From Coprobacillus sp. (GTDB taxonomy: Bacteria; Bacillota_I; Bacilli_A; RFN20; CAG-826), in the NCBI GenBank assembly GCA_021203905.1, contig JAJQAG010000004.1, positions 129,939-193,938 of the forward strand: 64,000 nucleotides of DNA, in the 5' to 3' direction. How positions within the stretch are numbered: the first letter of the stretch is position 1; each line of letters opens with the position of its first letter. The notes below the pieces were generated by a model. It saw nothing but the letters and a program-made list of their open reading frames with translations. It was not told where the DNA came from and did not search any database. Of the stretch, positions 19,706-28,808 are shown piece by piece. The position numbers and the translations under genes were made by a program.

Positions 19706-20608
19706 ATGCTTATCCATGTTAGTGACGAGGTACAAGAAGCCCTAGATAATCATCAACCAGTGGTCGCTCTAGAGACCACTATTATTTCTCATGGGATGCC
19801 CTATCCCACAAATGTCGAGACCGCCCTTAAAGTGGAAGAGACAATTCGTTCTTTTGGAGTGGTTCCCGCCACTATCGGTATCATTGATGGGATTCCCACT
19901 GTGGGTATGAACAAAGAACAAATTGAAGAGTTTGGAACCAGAAAAGGAATTAAGAAAGTCTCAAGAAGAGATTTAGCGAGTGTCTGCGCAAATAAACAAT
20001 GGGGCGCCACGACTGTCAGTGGAACCATGATTATCGCCAAAGAAGCGGGGATTAAAGTCTTTGTCACCGGAGGAATCGGTGGGGTGCATCGTGGAGCGGA
20101 AACCACCATGGATATATCTGCGGATCTAGAAGAGCTCGCGCAAACAAATGTTGCCGTTGTTTGTGCGGGACCAAAAGCTATTCTTGATTTAGGATTAACC
20201 CTAGAATACTTAGAGACAAAAGGGGTGACAATCGTTGGTTATCAGACCAATGAACTCCCCGCTTTTTATACAAGAGAAAGCGGCTATCCTGTGGATGTTA
20301 AATGTGACAGCCCAAAGGAGATTGCGGATCTCATTAAGATGAAGAATGAATTGCATCTTGAAGGGGGAATGCTCATCGCTAATCCAATCCCTCAAGAATA
20401 CGCGATGAATAAACTTGTGATGGACTACGCTATTGATCAAGCCATAGAAGAAGCAAACGAGAAAGGAATTAAGGGGAAAGACTTAACGCCATTTCTCCTC
20501 TCTCGAATTAGTGATATCACTGGGGGAGAGTCTCTTGAAAGCAATATTCACCTCATTATGAATAATGCTGTCCTTGGAGCACAACTAGCCCTTGAATTAG
20601 AAAAATAA
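19706..20608 (+). CDS. psuG: pseudouridine-5'-phosphate glycosidase
   Basis: 300 aa. IndA-like motif VALETTIISHGMPYPTN. Confidence 0.85.
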   Translation: MLIHVSDEVQEALDNHQPVVALETTIISHGMPYPTNVETALKVEETIRSFGVVPATIGIIDGIPTVGMNKEQIEEFGTRKGIKKVSRRDLASVCANKQWGATTVSGTMIIAKEAGIKVFVTGGIGGVHRGAETTMDISADLEELAQTNVAVVCAGPKAILDLGLTLEYLETKGVTIVGYQTNELPAFYTRESGYPVDVKCDSPKEIADLIKMKNELHLEGGMLIANPIPQEYAMNKLVMDYAIDQAIEEANEKGIKGKDLTPFLLSRISDITGGESLESNIHLIMNNAVLGAQLALELEK

Positions 20609-20632
20609 ATCATTTTATTCCTTTTTTAGAGG

Positions 20633-21085
20633 TTATTTGGATGATTCGTCATCCTTTTTTGCTAATTTATTCATCCAAAAAGGAACCTGAAAATAGGAGG
20701 CTTCATCCATATTCATCACAAAGCCATTCACCGTGAAGTTTTTCTTGATGTCTCCCTTTTTAAAGGTGAGAGTGTAAAAACCAAGCACCACTCTTTCAAT
20801 CCCCCCAAGATTGATAAAGTGATAACCCATAAGTCTCTTTTCTATTTCTTCTTTCTCCTTCTCATCAAGACAGAGGGAGTAGTCATATTTAAGAGAGTTA
20901 TATTCCCTGAGATAACTATCGACATCTCTTGAAGTGGGAGACATAAATAGTTCTCCGGTTTCTTCGTTTTTATCAACGAGAAGAAAGGGTTCATCATCGG
21001 TCTGATAAATATAGTTTCTTCCCCTGAATTTAGCGGTCAGTAAATAACGACCTTTTAAAAGATAAAAGTTCCCAATTTCTAACAT
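20633..21085 (-). CDS. hypothetical protein
   Basis: 150 aa. GGAGG Shine-Dalgarno 6 nt upstream. It is preceded by the shared 24-nt leader motif. Confidence 0.6.
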   Translation of the reverse strand: MLEIGNFYLLKGRYLLTAKFRGRNYIYQTDDEPFLLVDKNEETGELFMSPTSRDVDSYLREYNSLKYDYSLCLDEKEKEEIEKRLMGYHFINLGGIERVVLGFYTLTFKKGDIKKNFTVNGFVMNMDEASYFQVPFWMNKLAKKDDESSK

Positions 21086-21091
21086 AAAAAA

Positions 21092-21120
21092 CCTCCTTGT
21101 CTATATATTCATTAGGGAGG
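21092..21120 (-). repeat. conserved leader motif copy B: CCTCCCTAATGAATATATAGACAAGGAGG on the coding strand
   Basis: Near-identical to positions 5162-5186. CCTCC and GGAGG flank an 18-nt loop and could sequester the Shine-Dalgarno. Confidence 0.5.
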
Positions 21121-21148
21121 TTTAATGCTAATCTCGGACATCAAATTA

Positions 21149-22063
21149 TTAGTCACTGTTAAAAGGTTCGAGTGAATCGAGAATATTTTTAAAATATTCT
21201 GGGAGAGGACTATTAAAGGTCATCTCTTCTTTTGTAGTGGGATGAACAAGGGTTAACTGGTAGGCATGAAGCATCTGTCCATTGGGGCTGAGAGGTTTAA
21301 CATTCTTTTCACCATATAAAGGATCACTTTCAATGGGATAACCAAGATAGGCAAGGTGCACTCTAATCTGGTGAGTACGGCCGGTCTCTAGATCACATTT
21401 AATAAGGGTGTGACTCTTATATCTTTTAACCACTTCAAAGTAGGTCACCGCGCTTTTACCCCCTCTGACCACCGCTTGTTTCATGGGATACTTTTTATCT
21501 TTATCAATGGGTAAATCAATCTTCGCTTTATTCTCCTTAATGTTTCCTCTCACCAGAGCATAGTAACTTCTTCTCATCGTGTGATCTTCAAGTTGCTGTG
21601 AAAGAAAGGCATGAGCATAGTCATTCTTCGCCACACAGACGAGTCCAGAGGTATCTTTATCGATGCGGTGGACAATCCCAGGACGAAGATCCCCGTTTAA
21701 AGTGGAGAGTTGAGCGAAATGATAGGCAAGAGCATTGGCCATGGTGTGGGTCTCATTACTGATTCCAGGGTGCACTACCATACCCTGAGGTTTATCCACA
21801 ATGATAATGTCATCATCCTCATAGACAATATTAAGGGGAATATCTTCTTTAAGAAGAGTGACTTCTTTCTCGACCTCTTCCACACTGATTTCATCATCAA
21901 GTTTAGTGATATAAGAAGGTTTGACTTTAGTGTCATTAACTAACACTCCCCCTTCTTTAATAAGTGTGGCAATACTACTTCTGGACATATTAGGAAAAGA
22001 TAAGGCCAAGGCCTTATCAATTCTCATATCTTTAAGGTAATCGTCAACTTTTACTCTTTCCAC
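21149..22063 (-). CDS. rluD: RluA-family 23S rRNA pseudouridine synthase (RluD-like)
   Basis: 304 aa. N-terminal S4 domain and catalytic HRIDKDTSGLV. Confidence 0.9.
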   Translation of the reverse strand: MERVKVDDYLKDMRIDKALALSFPNMSRSSIATLIKEGGVLVNDTKVKPSYITKLDDEISVEEVEKEVTLLKEDIPLNIVYEDDDIIIVDKPQGMVVHPGISNETHTMANALAYHFAQLSTLNGDLRPGIVHRIDKDTSGLVCVAKNDYAHAFLSQQLEDHTMRRSYYALVRGNIKENKAKIDLPIDKDKKYPMKQAVVRGGKSAVTYFEVVKRYKSHTLIKCDLETGRTHQIRVHLAYLGYPIESDPLYGEKNVKPLSPNGQMLHAYQLTLVHPTTKEEMTFNSPLPEYFKNILDSLEPFNSD

Positions 22064-22913
22064 GAGAGGTCTTCTCCTCTATGGTTTCTTTAGTTGGGGT
22101 CTCTACGGGGGCGACTACAACGTCCTCAACCTTTTCTTCTTCTTTTGGATTTGTGGATTCCTCTCCATGTATTAAAGCGTCCATCTGAGCTTGATGAAGC
22201 GCCACTTCGCTCTTAGCTTTCTCTTCTTTCTCTTTCTTACTTTGTTTTCCGTCCCAGACAAAGAGCCAAATGATAAGCATAATCACTCCGACGACTAAGC
22301 AGGCATCCGCCCAGTTAAAAGTGGGGAACTCATAATTTCCAAAGTGGAAAGCAATCCAATCAATCACTCCACGAGTGCTCCCACTGACACCTAAATAGGA
22401 GGAAGTATAGAAGGCTCGATCAATCAGGTTTCCAATACAGCCCGCAAGAATAATCATGCAACAAGCTCTCGCAAATTTGGGAATCTTTTTATATTTGACT
22501 GCAAAAACAGTAATGATTACTACTGCGGCAATAACACTAATACCAACAAAAACAATGATATTTGCAGTGTAATTACCAGTATCTATTCCAAAAGCCATCC
22601 CATCATTGATGACATATTTTACCCCAAGGAAGTTATTAATAAGCCAGATCTCTTCGCCTTCACTGCTATAGTAGTAAGGAACATAGTCCTTAATTAAAGT
22701 TTTGGTGACGATATCGATAATAAACATCAAAACGAAGAGCCAAATAAAAGACTCGAAGATCCACTTCCAAGTAGCATCCCATTTAGGATGTTTCTTGACA
22801 GTAGCGGTTACTTCTTGTTCGGAAACCTGTGCGCTCTCTACGGGTGTGGTTTCAATAGGAGTTTCTTCCTTGACTTTCTTTGGCATTACTTTTTCTCCAT
22901 GAGATGATGACAT
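22044..22913 (-). CDS. lspA: lipoprotein signal peptidase II with long charged N- and C-terminal extensions
   Basis: Core motifs NNFLGVKYVINDGMAFGI and IDRA..GxVxDWI are present. The start is ambiguous: a TTG at 22922, an ATG at 22913, or an ATG at 22886 that overlaps the ileS TAA stop as TAATG. Confidence 0.8.
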   Translation of the reverse strand: MSSSHGEKVMPKKVKEETPIETTPVESAQVSEQEVTATVKKHPKWDATWKWIFESFIWLFVLMFIIDIVTKTLIKDYVPYYYSSEGEEIWLINNFLGVKYVINDGMAFGIDTGNYTANIIVFVGISVIAAVVIITVFAVKYKKIPKFARACCMIILAGCIGNLIDRAFYTSSYLGVSGSTRGVIDWIAFHFGNYEFPTFNWADACLVVGVIMLIIWLFVWDGKQSKKEKEEKAKSEVALHQAQMDALIHGEESTNPKEEEKVEDVVVAPVETPTKETIEEKTSRGKSKS

Positions 22914-25621
22914 CTTGGGCAAAGATATGAATCTTTCTCTACCTCTATGGCGTCATAATCATAGTTCCAACATCTCTCACAATAGTGTCCACTATGACGA
23001 TGGACATCAATGATTGAGTGGTTATATTCATCTCCTTTAATTTCTTCTTTATAGATATTAAATCCGGAGACGACAAAGAGATTCTTTAAATCTTCTTTGT
23101 TTATTTTATCAAATAAGTGGGAAATATTTACATCTTTTATGAAAATATTTACTTCCGCTTCTTGACTAGAACCAATAGTTCCTTTTTCTCTCTCCACTTC
23201 AAGTGCCTTTAAGACTTCACTTCTTAAAGCCTTAAAGAGTTCGTATTCCAAGAGAAGAGCGTCATCCACTTCCCCCTCTTTTGGAAAGTCGAGCAATTGG
23301 ACATATTCCTCTCTTTTCCCAGGAAGATTCTTATTAAATTCGTCCATGGTGAAAGGAAGAATAGGATTAAGTAATCTTAAGATAGATTCTGAGACGAGAT
23401 ACATCACTGATTGCATCTGGTTCCTTCTCTTTGAATCTTTTTCATCACAATATAAAGTGTCTTTAGCAATATCTAGATAGAAGGAAGATAAATCACTAGA
23501 AAGGAAAGTCGTAATATAACTCATTCCGTTCGCGTAGTTATATTCATCAAAACTCTTTCTCACTTCTCTCTCGACATAGTGTAAACGATTAAGGATATAG
23601 GTATCCACAAGGGTAAAATCACTAGTAGTATTCTTGGGATCAAAGTCCACAAGATTCCACGACATAAACTTTAAAGTATTACGGATTTTACGATAGACTT
23701 CACTTACTTGTTTAATGATATCTTCACTCATTCTCACATCGCTTTGATAGTCGATTGTCCCGCAGTAAAGACGAACGACATCGCTACCATACATATCTAT
23801 CACTTTAAGTGGGTCAGTACCATTACCTTTAGACTTAGACATCTTCTCCCATTTTTCATCCATGATAAACCCATGGGTGACCACGGCATCATAGGGGGCG
23901 TGACCATAGACTGCGGTCGAGATAATAAGGGAAGAATTAAACCATCCACGATACTGATCGCTCCCTTCTAAGTAGAGATTTGCGGGGAAATTTAAACCTT
24001 TATCGACGATATTGTACATAAAGGAAGAACCACTATCAAACCACACATCCATGATATCGACTTCCTTAGTAAATATCCCGTGGGGAGAATGAGAATTTTT
24101 ATAGCCTTTAGGGAGTAAATCTATCGGGTCTTTTTCATACCATACATTTGACCCATTTTCTCTCACTAATTTAATAATATTATCAAAGACTTCTTTCTCA
24201 ATAATGGGAGTCTTATCTTCACAGTAAATAATGGGGATAGGAACACCCCACGCTCTCTGACGAGAGATACACCAATCGCTACGATCTTTAATCATATTGA
24301 CCATTCTTACTTCTCCCCAACTTGGGTACCATTTTACCTTATGAATTTCATTTAGAAGCTTCTCTCTAATGGGTTCAATTGAGCAGAACCATTGATCCGT
24401 CGCTCTAAAGATTAAAGGTTTATTAGTTCGCCAATCATGAGGATAGGAGTGAATAAAGGTTTCATGTTTTAAAAGATGTTGATTCTTCGCGAGAATATCA
24501 AGAACGACATCATTTCCTTTCTCGTAGAATAAACCACTTAACTCTGCTCCGACACTCTCATCAAAATATCCCTTCTCATCCACTGGGCAATAAGGTTCAA
24601 TCCCATATTTTTGACAGACAATAAAATCATCCACACCATGTCCACCAGCGGTATGGACAAATCCCGTTCCAGCGTCATCGGTAACATGAGTTCCAAGAAT
24701 AATGGGAACTACTCTCTCATAGAAAGGATGAGAACATTTAACAAGTTCCACTTCTTTTCCCTTAAATTCCCGAATGAGTTTCACATCTTTAAGATTAAGT
24801 TCATTCACTAATTTATCTTTTAGAGAAGTAAGGAAGGCTAAGTTTCCTCTGTTTGTACAATACACTCCATAAGTAAAATCTGGATGAGCGGATATCGCCA
24901 TATTTGCAGGTAAGGTCCATGGGGTGGTGGTCCAAATAACCACTTGATCACCTTTGTTTAAGATGCCATTTCCTTCAATGACATCAAAGGCCACATAGAT
25001 AGAGTGGCTTTCAACATCTTTATATTCAATCTCTGCTTCTGCTAAAGCGCTTTCACTACTCGGGGACCAATAGACAGGCTTAAGGCCTTTATAGATAAGA
25101 CCATCAAGCGCCATCTTGGCGAAACACTCTAGCTGGCTAGCTTCGTATTCTTTTAAAAGGGTGAGATAAGGTTTCTTAAAATCTCCCACGACTCCTAAAC
25201 GTTGGATTTCTTCTTTTTGTCTTTCCACTTGCTCCAAAGCATAGTCTTTACATTGGTCACGGAACTGGACAATAGGTGTGGTCTTTCGATTGATTCCCAT
25301 CGCTGTGACTTTATTTTCAATAGGGAGACCATGGGTATCCCAACCAAAGACAAAGGGTGTTTGATAACCACACATATTCTTATAACGGATGGTGATATCT
25401 TTAAGCACTCGATTAAGCATATGCCCACAGTGCATATCTCCGTTAGCGTAGGGCGGTCCATCATGGAGAGTGTACTCTGGACACTCTTTTCTTTTCTCCA
25501 TCATTAAAGAGTAGAGATCCTCATCTAACCACTTCTTGATAAGAACTGGTTCTTTAGAAGGGAGGTTTCCTCTCATCTCAAAATTACTTTTATTCATCAG
25601 TAAGGTGTCTTTATAATCCAT
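22886..25621 (-). CDS. ileS: isoleucyl-tRNA synthetase
   Basis: 911 aa. HMGH-type motif region, KMSKSKGN, and a C-terminal Zn finger CERC...CPRC. Confidence 0.97.
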   Translation of the reverse strand: MDYKDTLLMNKSNFEMRGNLPSKEPVLIKKWLDEDLYSLMMEKRKECPEYTLHDGPPYANGDMHCGHMLNRVLKDITIRYKNMCGYQTPFVFGWDTHGLPIENKVTAMGINRKTTPIVQFRDQCKDYALEQVERQKEEIQRLGVVGDFKKPYLTLLKEYEASQLECFAKMALDGLIYKGLKPVYWSPSSESALAEAEIEYKDVESHSIYVAFDVIEGNGILNKGDQVVIWTTTPWTLPANMAISAHPDFTYGVYCTNRGNLAFLTSLKDKLVNELNLKDVKLIREFKGKEVELVKCSHPFYERVVPIILGTHVTDDAGTGFVHTAGGHGVDDFIVCQKYGIEPYCPVDEKGYFDESVGAELSGLFYEKGNDVVLDILAKNQHLLKHETFIHSYPHDWRTNKPLIFRATDQWFCSIEPIREKLLNEIHKVKWYPSWGEVRMVNMIKDRSDWCISRQRAWGVPIPIIYCEDKTPIIEKEVFDNIIKLVRENGSNVWYEKDPIDLLPKGYKNSHSPHGIFTKEVDIMDVWFDSGSSFMYNIVDKGLNFPANLYLEGSDQYRGWFNSSLIISTAVYGHAPYDAVVTHGFIMDEKWEKMSKSKGNGTDPLKVIDMYGSDVVRLYCGTIDYQSDVRMSEDIIKQVSEVYRKIRNTLKFMSWNLVDFDPKNTTSDFTLVDTYILNRLHYVEREVRKSFDEYNYANGMSYITTFLSSDLSSFYLDIAKDTLYCDEKDSKRRNQMQSVMYLVSESILRLLNPILPFTMDEFNKNLPGKREEYVQLLDFPKEGEVDDALLLEYELFKALRSEVLKALEVEREKGTIGSSQEAEVNIFIKDVNISHLFDKINKEDLKNLFVVSGFNIYKEEIKGDEYNHSIIDVHRHSGHYCERCWNYDYDAIEVEKDSYLCPRCHHLMEKK

Positions 25622-25876
25622 ACTCTCTCCTTAAAAAGAAATAAAAAGCATCCATATCTAAGGACGCTTTCGCGCGGTACCACCTTAGTTCTAGAGAACC
25701 CTCTCTAGCGCTTCATTAGCCTAATAACGTTTAGAAAACGGAGACTTACTCTTAGTTCAGTACTCATAAGAAGGAGTGATATCTATACATCTCTTTCTTG
25801 TTGACCTTTCCATCCACTGCCAACTCGCTGTAAGGGGGTGATATATAAACTTGTCTCCTAATTGCTTACTAACAAG
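25622..25876 (-). promoter_or_regulatory. T-box leader of ileS
   Basis: On the minus strand the T-box sequence CTAAGGTGGTACCGCGCGAAAGCGTCC (plus 25671-25688) is followed by a terminator hairpin and TTTTTATTTC, then the ileS Shine-Dalgarno. Confidence 0.8.
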
Positions 25877-25882
25877 CAAGAT

Positions 25883-25911
25883 TATTATAGAAATAAAGTT
25901 TCTATAACGCA
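25883..25911 (-). promoter_or_regulatory. promoter of the ileS leader (TTGCGT-17-TATAAT)
   Basis: Perfect -10 at plus 25883-25888 and -35 at plus 25906-25911 on the minus strand. Confidence 0.6.
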
Positions 25912-25990
25912 AGGAAGTTTATAAATAGTATTAGACAGACTATGCTCTAATATCGATAAGTATGTTCCACTTTTAAGCAACTATTTTGCA

Positions 25991-26392
25991 GTGGCAACCC
26001 CAGATTACAGAACTTATCAAGATATGAACGATAATGTAATCCGTTACAACACTTACAGGAATCGATGGATTGGTGCGTATCTACAAGAACGGGGAATCAA
26101 AGTCATTCCAACCATTGGGTGGGGTAGTAAGCAAACCTTTAAGTATGCCTTTTCCGGGGTGGAAAAAGGAAGTGTCGTGATTGTCTCCACAATTGGTTGC
26201 CAAAAAGTTAAGAAAGATTTTATAAGGGGGTATAACAAGATGCGAAAAGTTATTAAACCATCGATAGTTATCGTTTATGGGAAACTAATCCCAGGAATAA
26301 AAGGCAAAATCATAAATTTTGCTTATGAAGACGCATTTTTAGGACATGATATATCCAATCATATCGAAAATATCAAAAAGGGGGTAAAATAA
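25991..26392 (+). CDS. hypothetical protein, island gene 1, possibly a fragment
   Basis: 133 codons, Lys/Ile/Gly-rich. It is open only from a GTG with no recognisable Shine-Dalgarno. The in-frame upstream region is open back to 25925 with no ATG. Confidence 0.4.
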   Translation: MATPDYRTYQDMNDNVIRYNTYRNRWIGAYLQERGIKVIPTIGWGSKQTFKYAFSGVEKGSVVIVSTIGCQKVKKDFIRGYNKMRKVIKPSIVIVYGKLIPGIKGKIINFAYEDAFLGHDISNHIENIKKGVK

Positions 26393-26394
26393 AC

Positions 26395-26805
26395 ATGGGT
26401 GGACGAGGAGCATTTGCCGATTCTAACAATCAAAATTTCACCTTTGTTGAAGGTGGCCAAACTTACCGAACAATTAAAAAATATAAAGGGTTTGAAACAA
26501 TCGAAAAAATTGATCAAACCAAAAATACTGCTATCCCTTTTTATTCCCATTCTGGAAGCAACATATATGTAGTAGTCCAACAGAATAAGATTAAAAATAT
26601 AACAGTGTACGGAGAAAACCACAATGTAGTTACAAGTATTGATTTTTACAAAAAGCACCACGGAGTGATTCCCCATACGCATCCTCATGGGATTCATACA
26701 AATGATGGACCCGGAATCCCACCAACAGAAGAAGAATGGAAGTTGATACGATACATCAAAAAGAAAACGAGGTTAAAATGTTTCAATGATCAAAGCACCA
26801 ATTAA
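26395..26805 (+). CDS. hypothetical protein with His-rich motif HTHPHGIH, island gene 2
   Basis: 136 aa. The ATG lies 2 nt after the gene-1 stop, with an AAGGGGG Shine-Dalgarno. Confidence 0.55.
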   Translation: MGGRGAFADSNNQNFTFVEGGQTYRTIKKYKGFETIEKIDQTKNTAIPFYSHSGSNIYVVVQQNKIKNITVYGENHNVVTSIDFYKKHHGVIPHTHPHGIHTNDGPGIPPTEEEWKLIRYIKKKTRLKCFNDQSTN

Positions 26806-27283
26806 TTATTATGGCGAATGCAAATCAATTAATATCTTCTATGACTACTACTATCCACTAAAGAGTGTTGAAGATTTTTGCAATGTCTGCATGGTTTTTG
26901 AGTACGATGGTGTCCTCTATCTTCTAGATGAGGAGATGGTGGATCCAGACATATTTCCTAACAATAAAAATGACGGATGCGATTACTCCATGAGAAGAAT
27001 CTACCGCTTGAAGTTACAAGACGACGGAACTTACCAAAGAACTTTACTTGCTACATATAGAACACTAGCAAAAGTCCTCACGGAATGGAAAGTAGACGGT
27101 GTCCCCTTAGAATCCATGTTTGGAATGGACAATATGAGAGTAATCGAAATGTATTCTCGAGAGTATCGAGAAGAAAACACACTAAACTTTAAAGAATATG
27201 CCGAGAGGTATAAGAGAAATAATGAACCAAACGACAAAAAGACCAAAAAACACAAAAAGAAATGGTGGGAAAAATTGCGATGA
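26786..27283 (+). CDS. hypothetical protein, island gene 3, paralogue of gene 4
   Basis: 165 aa with a Lys-rich tail. It overlaps gene 2 by 20 nt. Confidence 0.6.
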   Translation: MIKAPINYYGECKSINIFYDYYYPLKSVEDFCNVCMVFEYDGVLYLLDEEMVDPDIFPNNKNDGCDYSMRRIYRLKLQDDGTYQRTLLATYRTLAKVLTEWKVDGVPLESMFGMDNMRVIEMYSREYREENTLNFKEYAERYKRNNEPNDKKTKKHKKKWWEKLR

Positions 27284-27663
27284 CAGACAATCACTTTGAT
27301 TCACTAGATGAATTCTACAATTTATACTATGAACGCCGCCCTTATCCTGGACCCGATTACATGGATATGGATTTCTATTACAAAGGAAAGTTTTATTGGT
27401 ACATGGAAGAAGGCATCATGAGAGAAGATTTTCCAAATTTATACCACGATGGGGGAGATTATGCCGTTAGAATTGCTTATGAATTGATACCAGAAGATGG
27501 GAAGCCGATGTCGAAAGAAAAGTACGATTTTACAAAGTGCAAGTGTATATTATTAGGAAAATATCGCTTGATGGAGGATATTCTCAATGATTGGATAATC
27601 GATGGGAAGCCATTTAAAGATGTCCTCATTGATAAAGAGACACATATTTACGATATTAGATAG
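27280..27663 (+). CDS. hypothetical protein, island gene 4, paralogue of gene 3
   Basis: The start is reassigned to the ATG at 27280 (MTDNHFD), which overlaps the gene-3 TGA as ATGA and is preceded by a GGTGGGA Shine-Dalgarno. It shares the motifs Y.G..Y...EE, DFPN and DG.DY..R..Y.L with gene 3. Confidence 0.6.
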   Translation: MTDNHFDSLDEFYNLYYERRPYPGPDYMDMDFYYKGKFYWYMEEGIMREDFPNLYHDGGDYAVRIAYELIPEDGKPMSKEKYDFTKCKCILLGKYRLMEDILNDWIIDGKPFKDVLIDKETHIYDIR

Positions 27664-27671
27664 TTCCTATT

Positions 27672-27709
27672 AAAAAAAAAGGTGGCTGGGCCACCTTTTA
27701 TTTATTGTT
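27672..27709. terminator. bidirectional intrinsic terminator
   Basis: A9 followed by GGTGGCtggGCCACC followed by TTTTATTTATT. It serves both the plus-strand island and ftsZ on the minus strand. Confidence 0.65.
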
Positions 27710-28808
27710 TCAAGAAAGAGGGGAGAATGTTAGATTTATCTAACTCCTCCTTCTCTTCACTCTTTTCTGGCTCACTCTCTTCAATGGGAGCCTCCTCAAT
27801 AGTAGGACGAGTAATTGGATCCACAAGCAAGGGTTGAGAGAAATCCATCTCTTGTTCAAAGTCCGCGGCAATGACACTGACGATGATTTCATCATCGAGT
27901 TGATCATTAATGCTCACTCCAAACTTGATATCAATATCTCTTCCCGCGGCTTCGATAAGATATCTCACCGTATCTTGAGCATCAAAGAGAGAGACATTAG
28001 TGCCACAAGTCACAGAGACAATGGCGCGTCTTGCTCCAGCAACACTGGCTTCTAGTAAAGGAGAGGAGATGGCGCTTAAAGCGGCGTCTTTTGCCCGATT
28101 AGGTCCTTTTCCATAACCACTACCAATGAGTCCCACTCCAGAATGTTGAAGGGTATTTCTCACATCCGCAAAATCGAGGTTGATAACTGCGGGGAGTAAG
28201 ATGAGATTCACCACTGTCTTCACAGATTGCGATAAGACTTTATCGCTTTCCGCAAAAGCACTAGGAATAGGAATTGTTCCCACATTTCTAAGGAGTTGAT
28301 CGTTAGAGACGACAATAATTGAGTCGACATTTTCTTTAAGTTTATTTAAGCCATCGATGGAGTTATTGATCCTTGTCTGTCCCTCAAAGGTAAAAGGACG
28401 AGTGACAATGGCCACGACTAGCGCACCTGCATCTTTCGCGATACGAGCGACCACCGGAGCGGCGCCTGTACCAGTGCCACCACCCATACCGGCAGCGATA
28501 AAGACAAGATCCGCACCATTAACCATCTCTCTAATGGCGTCAGCGCTCTCTTCTGCGGCTTTTTCTCCGACTTCAGGAACACCCCCGGCTCCTAAGCCTC
28601 CCGTCGTGTTCTCTCCTAAAACTGTCCTATTTGATGCTTTAGAAGAGGAGAGAGCTTGTTTATCAGTATTCAAAACATAGAAGGTGACATTAGCAATTTC
28701 ATCATCAATCATACGATTGACAGCATTGCTTCCTGCTCCCCCCACACCAATGACGACAATTTTGCATGCGGGTTCAAAATTATCTAAGTCATAGTTCCCA
28801 CTAGCCAT
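27702..28808 (-). CDS. ftsZ: cell division GTPase FtsZ
   Basis: GGGTGTG tubulin signature. The start is set at MASGNYD (ATG at 28808) with a GGAGG Shine-Dalgarno. The track ORF extends 22 codons upstream into ftsA. Confidence 0.95.
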   Translation of the reverse strand: MASGNYDLDNFEPACKIVVIGVGGAGSNAVNRMIDDEIANVTFYVLNTDKQALSSSKASNRTVLGENTTGGLGAGGVPEVGEKAAEESADAIREMVNGADLVFIAAGMGGGTGTGAAPVVARIAKDAGALVVAIVTRPFTFEGQTRINNSIDGLNKLKENVDSIIVVSNDQLLRNVGTIPIPSAFAESDKVLSQSVKTVVNLILLPAVINLDFADVRNTLQHSGVGLIGSGYGKGPNRAKDAALSAISSPLLEASVAGARRAIVSVTCGTNVSLFDAQDTVRYLIEAAGRDIDIKFGVSINDQLDDEIIVSVIAADFEQEMDFSQPLLVDPITRPTIEEAPIEESEPEKSEEKEELDKSNILPSFLKQ

